40,539 nucleotides of DNA, taken from the IMG/VR virus record IMGVR_UViG_3300016667_000290, positions 1 to 40,539 of that record. The stretch is one strand, 5' to 3'. The notes below the pieces were generated by a model, which did not search any database, had not been told where the DNA came from, and saw only the letters and a program-made list of their open reading frames with translations. The position numbers and the translations under genes were made by a program. The DNA comes from a virus (Duplodnaviria > Caudoviricetes). Of this stretch, positions 1-7,145 are shown in pieces (positions within the stretch are counted from its first letter, which is position 1; each line of letters opens with the position of its first letter).

Positions 1-1
1 C

Positions 2-226
2 ATGCCTAAAGCCAGCCTCACCATCGAAGACCAGCCGGACGGCACCGTCAGCGTGGCTGCTGACTTTGGCGATGTGGTCGATCAGACCAGCCAAGCCCAC
101 GGCATGGTCATGACCCTCGTTGAGTCGGTGCTGCGCACGGCCAAGAGCTACCAGACCATCGAAGACACCGCGCCCGAGTCCAATGTGGAGCCGAGCCGGA
201 TCATCACCCCAACAGGAATCAACTGA
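2..226 (+). CDS. Hypothetical phage protein (74 aa)
   Basis: ORF with GC3-rich codons; its stop lies 1 nt before the next ATG (228). Confidence 0.65.
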   Translation: MPKASLTIEDQPDGTVSVAADFGDVVDQTSQAHGMVMTLVESVLRTAKSYQTIEDTAPESNVEPSRIITPTGIN

Positions 227-227
227 T

Positions 228-992
228 ATGGCATTCGACCTCTCATCCATCACCCGGGGCAAGCGCCTGCGTGCCCCCAAGGTCGTGATCTACGGCCCGC
301 CCAAGATCGGCAAGTCCACCTTCGCCGCCAGCGCACCCAACGCGATCGGCATTCTGACCGAGGAAGGCCTGGACAACATCGACGTGGCCGCCTTCCCCCT
401 GTGCAAGACCTACGCTGACGCCCTGGCCGCGATCAACACCCTGCACAAGGAGCAGCACGAGTTCCAGTCCGTCTTTGTGGATTCGCTCGACTGGCTGGAG
501 CCGCTGATCCTGGGCAAGGTCTGCTCAGAAAACAACGTGGAGAACATCGAGAAGATCGGCTACGGCAAAGGCTACATCATGGCCGACGACCTGTGGCGCC
601 AGTTCTTCGCGGCGCTCGACACGCTGCGCGATGACCGCAACATGACCGTGATATGCATTGCCCATGAGCAGATCAACAAGGTGCGCAACCCCACCCTGTC
701 CGAGGACTACGACGCATACAGCCTCAAGCTGAACAAGCGGGCCGTGGCCATCATCAGCGAGTGGGCAGACGTGATCGGGTTCTGTGCTCACGAGGTCATG
801 ACCCGGCAGGTGGACAGCGGCTTCCAGCAGAAGGAAACCAAGGCCATCACCACCGGCGCCCGCAAGCTGCACGTCAACCCGCACCCCGCCTACGTGGCTG
901 GCAACCGGTACGGCATGGCCGACTGCCTGCTCCAGTGGGGTGCGTTTCAGAACACGCTGGCTGCGGCAATGACTGCCACTCCCGCGAAGTAA
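228..992 (+). CDS. Sak4-like / AAA_24 P-loop ATPase (phage single-strand annealing recombinase)
   Basis: Walker A YGPPKIGKST, Walker B-like VFVDSLDWLE, GYGKGY and IAHEQ motifs. Start MAFDL at ATG 228 after AGGA. Directly upstream of a DUF669 SSB, as is typical for Sak4. Confidence 0.85.
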   Translation: MAFDLSSITRGKRLRAPKVVIYGPPKIGKSTFAASAPNAIGILTEEGLDNIDVAAFPLCKTYADALAAINTLHKEQHEFQSVFVDSLDWLEPLILGKVCSENNVENIEKIGYGKGYIMADDLWRQFFAALDTLRDDRNMTVICIAHEQINKVRNPTLSEDYDAYSLKLNKRAVAIISEWADVIGFCAHEVMTRQVDSGFQQKETKAITTGARKLHVNPHPAYVAGNRYGMADCLLQWGAFQNTLAAAMTATPAK

Positions 993-1027
993 AGATTTTC
1001 TCAACGCCATTACGAAAGGATCGACCT

Positions 1028-1537
1028 ATGGCAAACCTCGCAGGCTTTGACGCCTCCCAAGTGCCCGAGCAGCAGGAATTCTCCGCGCTGCCCGAGGGCC
1101 AGTACGTGGTCATCGCCACCGCCTCGGAAGAGAAGGTGACGAAGGCCGGCACCGGCAAGTACCTCCAGATCACCTTCGAGGTGCTGGACGGCCCGCACAA
1201 GGGCCGCAAGCTGTGGGCCCGCCTGAACCTCTGGAACCCCAACCAGACGGCCAAGGACATCGCCCAGCGCGAACTGGGCGCGATCTGCCGCGCCATCGGC
1301 GTGATTCGCCCCAACGACAGCGCGGAACTGCACAACAAGCCGCTGCTGGTCACCGTTGGCGTCGAACTCGACACCACCAAGAACCGGCAGAACAACGTCA
1401 TCACCAAGTACGAGCCGATGCCCCAGGGCGGCGTGGCCGCTGCGCCCATGGCCCAGCAAGCCCCGATGCAGCAGCCCGCCTTCCAGCAGCCCGCAGCGGC
1501 CCCGGCCGTTGGTGGTGCCGCCCCCTGGCAGCGTTGA
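1028..1537 (+). CDS. DUF669-family single-stranded DNA-binding protein
   Basis: LPEGQY...GKYLQITFEVLDGPHKGRKLW...LHNKPL pattern with a Q/A/P-rich tail ending PWQR. SD AAGGA before ATG 1028. Confidence 0.82.
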   Translation: MANLAGFDASQVPEQQEFSALPEGQYVVIATASEEKVTKAGTGKYLQITFEVLDGPHKGRKLWARLNLWNPNQTAKDIAQRELGAICRAIGVIRPNDSAELHNKPLLVTVGVELDTTKNRQNNVITKYEPMPQGGVAAAPMAQQAPMQQPAFQQPAAAPAVGGAAPWQR

Positions 1538-1546
1538 TTGAGTAAC

Positions 1547-1645
1547 GGGCCGAAAGCGGATGCTGCTGGAAAGCAGGATGGGCCAAGGCCACATCCATAA
1601 ACAGCTTGGAGTACGGCAGACGCAGCGAGTAGGCCCACCTTTTTT
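1547..1645 (+). ncRNA. Candidate structured intergenic RNA
   Basis: GGGCC(1547-51) pairs with GGCCC(1632-36); GAAA/GAGUA internal loop; UGCUG/CGGCA stem; inner GGAUG/CAUCC hairpin; followed by a U-run. Confidence 0.5.
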
Positions 1646-1655
1646 GGAAAGCAAC

Positions 1656-1886
1656 ATGGAACAGCAACAACCCTTCAACCCGGCCACCGTGCCGATCAAC
1701 TACACCCTCAACTTCGCGCAAGTGAACCTGATCCTCAAGGGCCTGGGCGAACTGCCGCGCAAGGAAACCGAGGGCTTCTACGACCAGTTCCGGCAAGTGG
1801 CATTGCAGACCCTGCAAGCCGCCGAGCACCTGCACAACAACCCCCCGGCCGAGGCCGAGGACGTGAAGGCAGGAGGGACTGACTGA
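1656..1886 (+). CDS. Hypothetical protein (76 aa)
   Basis: ATG 1656 after GGAAAG; GC3-rich; TGATG coupling to the next gene. Confidence 0.7.
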   Translation: MEQQQPFNPATVPINYTLNFAQVNLILKGLGELPRKETEGFYDQFRQVALQTLQAAEHLHNNPPAEAEDVKAGGTD

Positions 1887-2128
1887 TGGCAGCAACCCGG
1901 ATCTACGCGGTGACCGACACCGAGAACGAAGATGTCGCCCTGGTTCGTGCATCCACCCAGGCCCAGGCCATTCGCCATGTCGTGAAGCACCGCTTCGACG
2001 TGGCCGTGGCCGACCAAGAGCAACTGGTGGATCTGCTCTCCAGGGGATACTTGGTCAAGGACGCCACCGGCGAGGACGAGCCGGAGGTGAACCCGAACCA
2101 GCTTACCATCCCCGAGGTGACGGCATGA
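1886..2128 (+). CDS. Hypothetical phage protein (80 aa)
   Basis: SD GGAGG; coupled by overlapping stop/start codons on both sides; RIY...LVRA.TQAQAIRHV pattern. Confidence 0.75.
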   Translation: MAATRIYAVTDTENEDVALVRASTQAQAIRHVVKHRFDVAVADQEQLVDLLSRGYLVKDATGEDEPEVNPNQLTIPEVTA

Positions 2129-2610
2129 AGCAGTACATCGGCGTCAAGCGCATCCGTGCGATGCGCATGACCCGCGAGGCCTACAACGACTTTCGCGGGT
2201 GGAAGGTTCCTGCCGATGAGAACCCCGCCGATGCCGGCTACCTTGTCGAGTACCTCGACGGTGGCAAGGCCAACACCAGCCTCTACGAAGGCTACGTCTC
2301 GTGGTCGCCCAAGGAGGTGTTCGAGCGAGCCTACCGCGAGGCCGATGGCCTTGACTTTGGCTTTGCCGTGCAGGCCCTCAAGGCCGGCTACATGCTGGCC
2401 CGAGATGGTTGGAACGGCAAGGGGATGTTCCTGTACTGGGTGAGCCCTGGCTACTACGAACCGAAGATGCAGATTGCCCAAGTCTTCTTTGGTGGCCGGG
2501 GCGTTCCCTACCGGGAGTACATCGCCATGAAGACCGTGGATGATGAGGTGGTGCCCTGGGTTGCCAGCCAGACCGACATCCTGGCCGAGGATTGGAGGAT
2601 CGTGGGATGA
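2125..2610 (+). CDS. tad2: DUF2829 / Tad2-like anti-Thoeris sponge with an extra N-terminal domain
   Basis: C-terminal half DFGFAVQALKAG...ARDGWNGKGMFL...VPWVASQTDILAEDW matches the DUF2829/Tad2 signature. N-terminal ~72 aa: YIGVK...GYLVEY.DG...SWSPKEVFERAY. Confidence 0.8.
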   Translation: MKQYIGVKRIRAMRMTREAYNDFRGWKVPADENPADAGYLVEYLDGGKANTSLYEGYVSWSPKEVFERAYREADGLDFGFAVQALKAGYMLARDGWNGKGMFLYWVSPGYYEPKMQIAQVFFGGRGVPYREYIAMKTVDDEVVPWVASQTDILAEDWRIVG

Positions 2611-2876
2611 AGGCCGCACTCACCATCAGCGACATCGAAGAGCAGATCGTGCACGAGCAGTATTTCCGGTTCCCCGGGACGACTGTGACCGTGTGCTGCA
2701 TCACCCTTCGCAACGGGTTCTGTACCGTGGGCGAGAGCGCCTGCGTGACGCCCGAAAACTTCGACCAAGATATTGGACGGCGCATCGCACGCGAGGAAGC
2801 CGTGGAAAAAATCTGGGTTCTCGAAGGTTACCGGCTCAAGCAGAGCCTGCACGAACGCAGCGCGTCCGACTCCTGA
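2607..2876 (+). CDS. acb4: Phage gp49/gp66-family protein (Acb4-like anti-CBASS sponge)
   Basis: TVTVCCITLRNGFCTVGESACVTPENFDQDIGRRIA...IWVLEGYRLK is the Phage_gp49_66 pattern; ATGA overlap with the Tad2-like gene. The link between this family and Acb4 is recalled, not checked. Confidence 0.72.
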   Translation: MKAALTISDIEEQIVHEQYFRFPGTTVTVCCITLRNGFCTVGESACVTPENFDQDIGRRIAREEAVEKIWVLEGYRLKQSLHERSASDS

Positions 2877-2882
2877 CGCGGA

Positions 2883-2936
2883 TCACCCCGCAAACCCTGC
2901 GGGCCTGCGCATGGGTGACACCCCGGAAAGACGGGG
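2883..2936 (+). other. Intergenic double stem-loop (candidate regulatory RNA)
   Basis: TCACCC(2883-88)/GGGTGA(2913-18) encloses CGCA-AACCC-TGCG, followed by a CCCCG-GAAAGA-CGGGG hairpin (2921-36). Confidence 0.4.
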
Positions 2937-2953
2937 GCTACTAAGGATGCACC

Positions 2954-3238
2954 ATGGACTACCGACTTCAATGCCTCGAAATGTTGAAAGACATGGGGCA
3001 AAACATCTCTGAAAAAAAATTCCAGATCCTCCTGGCCTCGTTTGCCGAGAGCATCGCCTCGATGATGGTGCTGGTTGAAGACCACGACGCCATGCATGAG
3101 CAACTCGAATCCCTGTTCGAGGCAATCCACCTTGACGCTTGCGCGAAGCACAAGGATTTCCAAGCTCTCAAAAATAAGAATATGGATCCCGAGACTTTCC
3201 TGCGCGACCACTTCAAGCCGGGGCACTTCAATGGCTGA
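2954..3238 (+). CDS. Hypothetical protein (94 aa, lower GC)
   Basis: SD AAGGA; overlaps the next start; more AT-rich codons than its neighbours. Confidence 0.65.
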   Translation: MDYRLQCLEMLKDMGQNISEKKFQILLASFAESIASMMVLVEDHDAMHEQLESLFEAIHLDACAKHKDFQALKNKNMDPETFLRDHFKPGHFNG

Positions 3239-4316
3239 CCTCACCACCACCATTGATCCCATCGTCTCTGCCATCTACGAGCAGTACGAGAAGCGCGGCA
3301 ACACCGAGCAGGCCCGTACCTACCTGGGCGCCTCGATCATCGGCAAGGAGTGCAGCCGCGCACTCTGGTACGACTTCCGCTGGGCCACCCGCGTCAAGTT
3401 CGAGGGCCGGATGTACCGCCTGTTCCAGTCCGGCTTTGCTGAAGAGCCACGCATGATCGCCGACCTCCGCGCCATCGGGGCCGAGGTCTACGACACCGAC
3501 CCAGCCAACGGGCGGCAGTTCGGCTTCCAAGACCACGGCGGGCATATGCGTGGCCATATGGACGGCTGCGCCCGCAACATACCCACCGGTGGCGGCAAGT
3601 GGCACGTGCTGGAGTTCAAGACCCACTCGGCAAAAAGTTTTACCGATCTGGTAAAGAATTATGTCCAGAAGTCCAAGCCGCAGCACTATGACCAGATGCA
3701 GTGGTACATGGGCAAGACCGGGATGGATCGCGCCCTGTATCTGGCCAAGAACAAGGACACCGACGAGCTTTACTCCGAGCGCGTGAAGTTCGACAAGGTG
3801 CGCTTCGAGCAGATCCAGGCCAAGGCCGACCACATCATCTTCTCCCAGGAGCCGCCGCCCAAGCTGTCGCAAGACCCCAGCTACTACGTCTGCAAGTTCT
3901 GCGACCACCGCGAGGTGTGCCACCTGGGCCGGGTGCCGGCCGTCTCGTGCCGCACGTGCTGCCACGCCACGCCAGAGCGCCACGGCGACGGTCGGTGGTC
4001 ATGCGCCAAGGTGGCCGACACCAACATCAACAGCATCCCCGTGAACATCCAGCGCACCGGCTGCCAGGAGCACCTGCCCCTGCCGTTCCTCGTGACCTAC
4101 GCCGACCCCATCGACGCCGGGGATGGCTGGATTCACTTCAAGCGCAAGGACAACGGACGGCAGTTCATTGTCACCACTGGCCGGGTGCCGTTCGCTCCCC
4201 AGGAGCACCCGATGTATTCGAGCCAGGAAATCAGCGCAGCCGCCGATCACAAGGCGATTGCAGATCCAGAAATCGAGAGTCTGCGCCAGCAGTTCCAAGC
4301 AACAATCGTAGGTTGA
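3231..4316 (+). CDS. Cas4-like / PD-(D/E)XK exonuclease with C-terminal Cys cluster
   Basis: YLGASIIGKECSRALWY, GHMDG...VLEFKT, HYDQMQWYM and CKFC...C...CRTCCH motifs; start MADL at 3231. Confidence 0.85.
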   Translation: MADLTTTIDPIVSAIYEQYEKRGNTEQARTYLGASIIGKECSRALWYDFRWATRVKFEGRMYRLFQSGFAEEPRMIADLRAIGAEVYDTDPANGRQFGFQDHGGHMRGHMDGCARNIPTGGGKWHVLEFKTHSAKSFTDLVKNYVQKSKPQHYDQMQWYMGKTGMDRALYLAKNKDTDELYSERVKFDKVRFEQIQAKADHIIFSQEPPPKLSQDPSYYVCKFCDHREVCHLGRVPAVSCRTCCHATPERHGDGRWSCAKVADTNINSIPVNIQRTGCQEHLPLPFLVTYADPIDAGDGWIHFKRKDNGRQFIVTTGRVPFAPQEHPMYSSQEISAAADHKAIADPEIESLRQQFQATIVG

Positions 4317-4319
4317 ATC

Positions 4320-4622
4320 ATGAGTTACAGCGAAGTCGAAATGAAAGTCATCCAGTGGGCCGAGGCTCGCCGGATCATCCCCAACGCCACACCCCAGGCG
4401 CAACTCAACAAGGCCCTCGAAGAGATGGCCGAACTCTTCAAGGCAGAAAGCCAGCAGAACATGGCCGGCATCAAGGATGGCGTGGGCGATGTGCTGGTCT
4501 GCATCATCAACTACTGCGCCCTCAAGGACATCGACCTCGTGACGTGCCTGGAGCTTGCCTACGAGGAAATCAAGGATCGCCGCGGCACCCTCATGCCTGA
4601 CGGAACTTTTGTCAAGGAGTGA
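4320..4622 (+). CDS. MazG-like nucleoside triphosphate pyrophosphohydrolase
   Basis: WAEAR...KALEEMAEL...DGVGDVLV...AYEEIKDRRG..DGTFVKE, containing the EExxE...DxxxD metal-binding pattern. Confidence 0.85.
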   Translation: MSYSEVEMKVIQWAEARRIIPNATPQAQLNKALEEMAELFKAESQQNMAGIKDGVGDVLVCIINYCALKDIDLVTCLELAYEEIKDRRGTLMPDGTFVKE

Positions 4623-4625
4623 GTT

Positions 4626-5162
4626 GTGTTGGACAACGAGGACAAGGCCGCATGGTGCGAGGCTTACGGCACCAAGGTTGAGAGCCAGTTCGTCGGAGAG
4701 CGCCTGTTCAACCTTGGTGTGATTGGCTTCATGAACCCCGAGAAGCGCATCAACAAGTACGCGCACGACATCTTCGTGCAACTCAAGGGCGACGTGAAGA
4801 CGGTTCGCACGCCCTACTTCAAGGCGCAAGAGCACCACGGCATCGACCCGCAGTATGCGGTGACTTTTAACAGCAAGGACGGCAAGCGTTATTTCGATCT
4901 TTACCCGGACATCCTTGTGGCGTTCGACGTGAAGTGGGAAGAGCCGAACTGCTCCAAAGAGATTGGCAGCAAGGTCTACACGGTCGCTCCCATGCACCTG
5001 ACAGCGGTTGGCTTCCTCACAAATATCTGGCAAGCCATCCAAGCAGGCGGCGAGCAAGTGGTTGAGTACCAGCGTCGAATCTATGACCAATCTGGCAACG
5101 CAAAGACGAGCTACGTCTTTGACGTGCGCAACCTACACGTCATCAAGGAGGTGGCTTTGTGA
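4626..5162 (+). CDS. Hypothetical protein, possible PD-(D/E)XK nuclease
   Basis: E...HDI....GDVKT resembles a restriction-endonuclease-like catalytic core; GTG start after AAGGAG. Confidence 0.6.
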   Translation: MLDNEDKAAWCEAYGTKVESQFVGERLFNLGVIGFMNPEKRINKYAHDIFVQLKGDVKTVRTPYFKAQEHHGIDPQYAVTFNSKDGKRYFDLYPDILVAFDVKWEEPNCSKEIGSKVYTVAPMHLTAVGFLTNIWQAIQAGGEQVVEYQRRIYDQSGNAKTSYVFDVRNLHVIKEVAL

Positions 5163-6787
5163 TTTCGCTTCGACCATACCAACGCGCTGCCATCGACGCG
5201 ACCTGGGATTACTTTTCCGCGAGCACTGGCAACCCGCTGATCGTTCTGCCCACCGGCGCGGGCAAGTCGCTGACCATGGCCGCGTTCATCAAGGAGGCCC
5301 TGGACGCCTACCCCAGCACGAACGTGCTGCTGCTGACGCACGTGAAGGAACTGATCGAGCAGGACGCCCGGGCCATCATCAACTACTGGCCGGAGGCGCC
5401 CATCGGCATCTGGTCGGCTGGCGTGGGCCAGAAGCGCAAGGATCAGATCACGGTGGCTGGCATCCAGTCCATCCACCGGCTGCCGGCCAAGTTTGGCAAG
5501 ACAGACCTGTGCATCATTGACGAGGCTCATCTGGTGCCGCGCAAGAGCGACACCATGTACCGCCGGTTCCTCGACGCGCTGCTGGCCTACAACCCGAAGA
5601 TGAAGGTGGTCGGCCTGACCGCCACGCACTACCGGATGGACTCGGGCCTGCTGACCGATGGCGATGGCCGCATCTTCACCGACGTGGCCTACGAGGCCGA
5701 CGTGGGCACGTTGATCAAGGACGGGTGGCTCTGCCCCCTGGTGGCCAAGAACGGCTCAACCAAGGCCGATCTGAGCAGCGTGCACACCCGTGGCGGCGAG
5801 TTCGTGGAGAAGGAACTGCAAGACGCCATGGACAAGGCGCACCTGATCGAGGGCGCCCTGGACGAGGTTGCCAACTACGCTCATGACCGCAACCATATCC
5901 TCGGCTTCTGCGCCGGGGTTGGCCACGCCGAGCACTGCGCCGAGTTGGCCAGGGCGCGGGGCTGGACGGCTGCGCACGTCAGCGGCGACATGACCGGCGT
6001 GGAGCGCGACCGCATCATCAACGACTTCAAGGCCGGCCGCTTCCGCTTCCTGTTCAACGCCAACCTGCTGACCACCGGCTTTGACGCGCCGCACATCGAC
6101 TGCATCGTGATGCTGCGCCCGACCAAGAGCACGGGCCTGTACGTCCAGATCATGGGCCGTGGGTTGAGGAAACATCAATCCAAGGAGAACACTTTGGTGC
6201 TGGACTTCGCTGGCAACGTGGAGCGCCACGGCCCGATCGACCAGATCCGGGTGAAGCGAAAGGGCGGCAAAGGCGAGGGCGTGTCGGTGGCCCCGGTCAA
6301 GGAGTGCCCGGACTGCCACGAGTTGCTGGCCACCATGGTCATGCTGTGCCCGCAGTGCGGCCACGAGTTCCCCAGGTCAGCGCCCCACGGCACCGAGGCA
6401 AGCGAGGCCGTGCTGGTGGCCGCCCTGGCGCAGCCGAAGGTCTACGCCGTGGATTCGGTCGAGTACGACCGACACGAGAAGATGGGCAAGGCGCCGTCAC
6501 TCAAGGTCACCTACTGGTGCGGGCCGACAGCGTTCACCGAATGGGTGCCCATTCAGGACGAGCGGGCCTTCGTCAAGAAGCACGCGATCTTCTGGTTCTA
6601 CCAACGCGGGATCACCTGCCCAGCCACCGTCGAGGACGCGCTGGGGATGATCGACAAGATCCCAGCCCCCGACACCATCACCGTCAAACCGGACGGGAAG
6701 TATTGGCGCGTGGTTGACACCAACATGGGCTCGCGCCGCATGGGCGTGTCGCACAAGGCAAACAGCTACACATGGATGGCCGCATGA
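5159..6787 (+). CDS. SF2 DEAD/DEAH helicase (RadD/YejH-like) with zinc finger
   Basis: LRPYQ, PTGAGKS, DEAH, GLTAT, LTTGFDAP, QIMGRGLR and CPDC...CPQC motifs. Confidence 0.92.
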   Translation: MISLRPYQRAAIDATWDYFSASTGNPLIVLPTGAGKSLTMAAFIKEALDAYPSTNVLLLTHVKELIEQDARAIINYWPEAPIGIWSAGVGQKRKDQITVAGIQSIHRLPAKFGKTDLCIIDEAHLVPRKSDTMYRRFLDALLAYNPKMKVVGLTATHYRMDSGLLTDGDGRIFTDVAYEADVGTLIKDGWLCPLVAKNGSTKADLSSVHTRGGEFVEKELQDAMDKAHLIEGALDEVANYAHDRNHILGFCAGVGHAEHCAELARARGWTAAHVSGDMTGVERDRIINDFKAGRFRFLFNANLLTTGFDAPHIDCIVMLRPTKSTGLYVQIMGRGLRKHQSKENTLVLDFAGNVERHGPIDQIRVKRKGGKGEGVSVAPVKECPDCHELLATMVMLCPQCGHEFPRSAPHGTEASEAVLVAALAQPKVYAVDSVEYDRHEKMGKAPSLKVTYWCGPTAFTEWVPIQDERAFVKKHAIFWFYQRGITCPATVEDALGMIDKIPAPDTITVKPDGKYWRVVDTNMGSRRMGVSHKANSYTWMAA

Positions 6788-6987
6788 AGAAAATCGAGAT
6801 TGAAGTGAAGATCAACGTGGCCCGCCGCGAGATGGAGTATTGGCAGAGGATCCTGCGCGACAAGTCCTGCGAGGACTGCCAGCACTTCCAGCAGCGCGGC
6901 TGCACCCTGGCCAACGGCCTCCAGCCCCCGCTCGAGGTGGTCAAGACCGGGTGCCCCGAGTGGAATTGGGACGAAATTCCCTTCTGA
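6784..6987 (+). CDS. Small Cys-rich hypothetical protein (67 aa)
   Basis: ATGA overlap with the helicase stop; CxxC...C...C; ends in DEIPF. Confidence 0.75.
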   Translation: MKKIEIEVKINVARREMEYWQRILRDKSCEDCQHFQQRGCTLANGLQPPLEVVKTGCPEWNWDEIPF

Positions 6988-6989
6988 CC

Positions 6990-7145
6990 ATGCGCACCAT
7001 GTCGCTACCCGAGGCCGCAGAGTTTCTCGGCCTGCACCCTGTCACGCTGCAACAGCGGGCGGCCTCGGAGGCCACTGCACGCAGCCTCCGAGGGTTACTT
7101 GGCGAGTTCGAGGCCGGCCCGCCCGCGCAACTCGCGCGGCGCTGA
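6990..7145 (+). pseudogene. Truncated excisionase-like HTH (HTH_17/MerR-type)
   Basis: MSLPEAAEFLGLHPVTLQQRA is an Xis-like HTH N-terminus. The expected wing (G.IP..K.G..W.F) is absent, and the frame runs into a hairpin and then antisense into the giant gene. Confidence 0.5.
7063..7093. terminator. Inverted repeat at the convergence of the two arms (possible bidirectional terminator)
   Basis: Perfect 10-bp stem CCTCGGAGGC / GCCTCCGAGG with an 11-nt loop, 1 nt from the giant gene stop; no U-tract. Confidence 0.5.

Noticed and set aside
120-227. Upstream extensions given by the ORF track (starts at 120, 761, 1560, 3075, 39152)
   Set aside because: They overlap real upstream genes; downstream starts with SD sites and family-typical N-termini fit better.
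3231-4316. Cas4-like gene as evidence of a CRISPR system
   Set aside because: No repeat-spacer array or other cas genes seen; the Sak4/SSB/helicase context indicates a recombination exonuclease.
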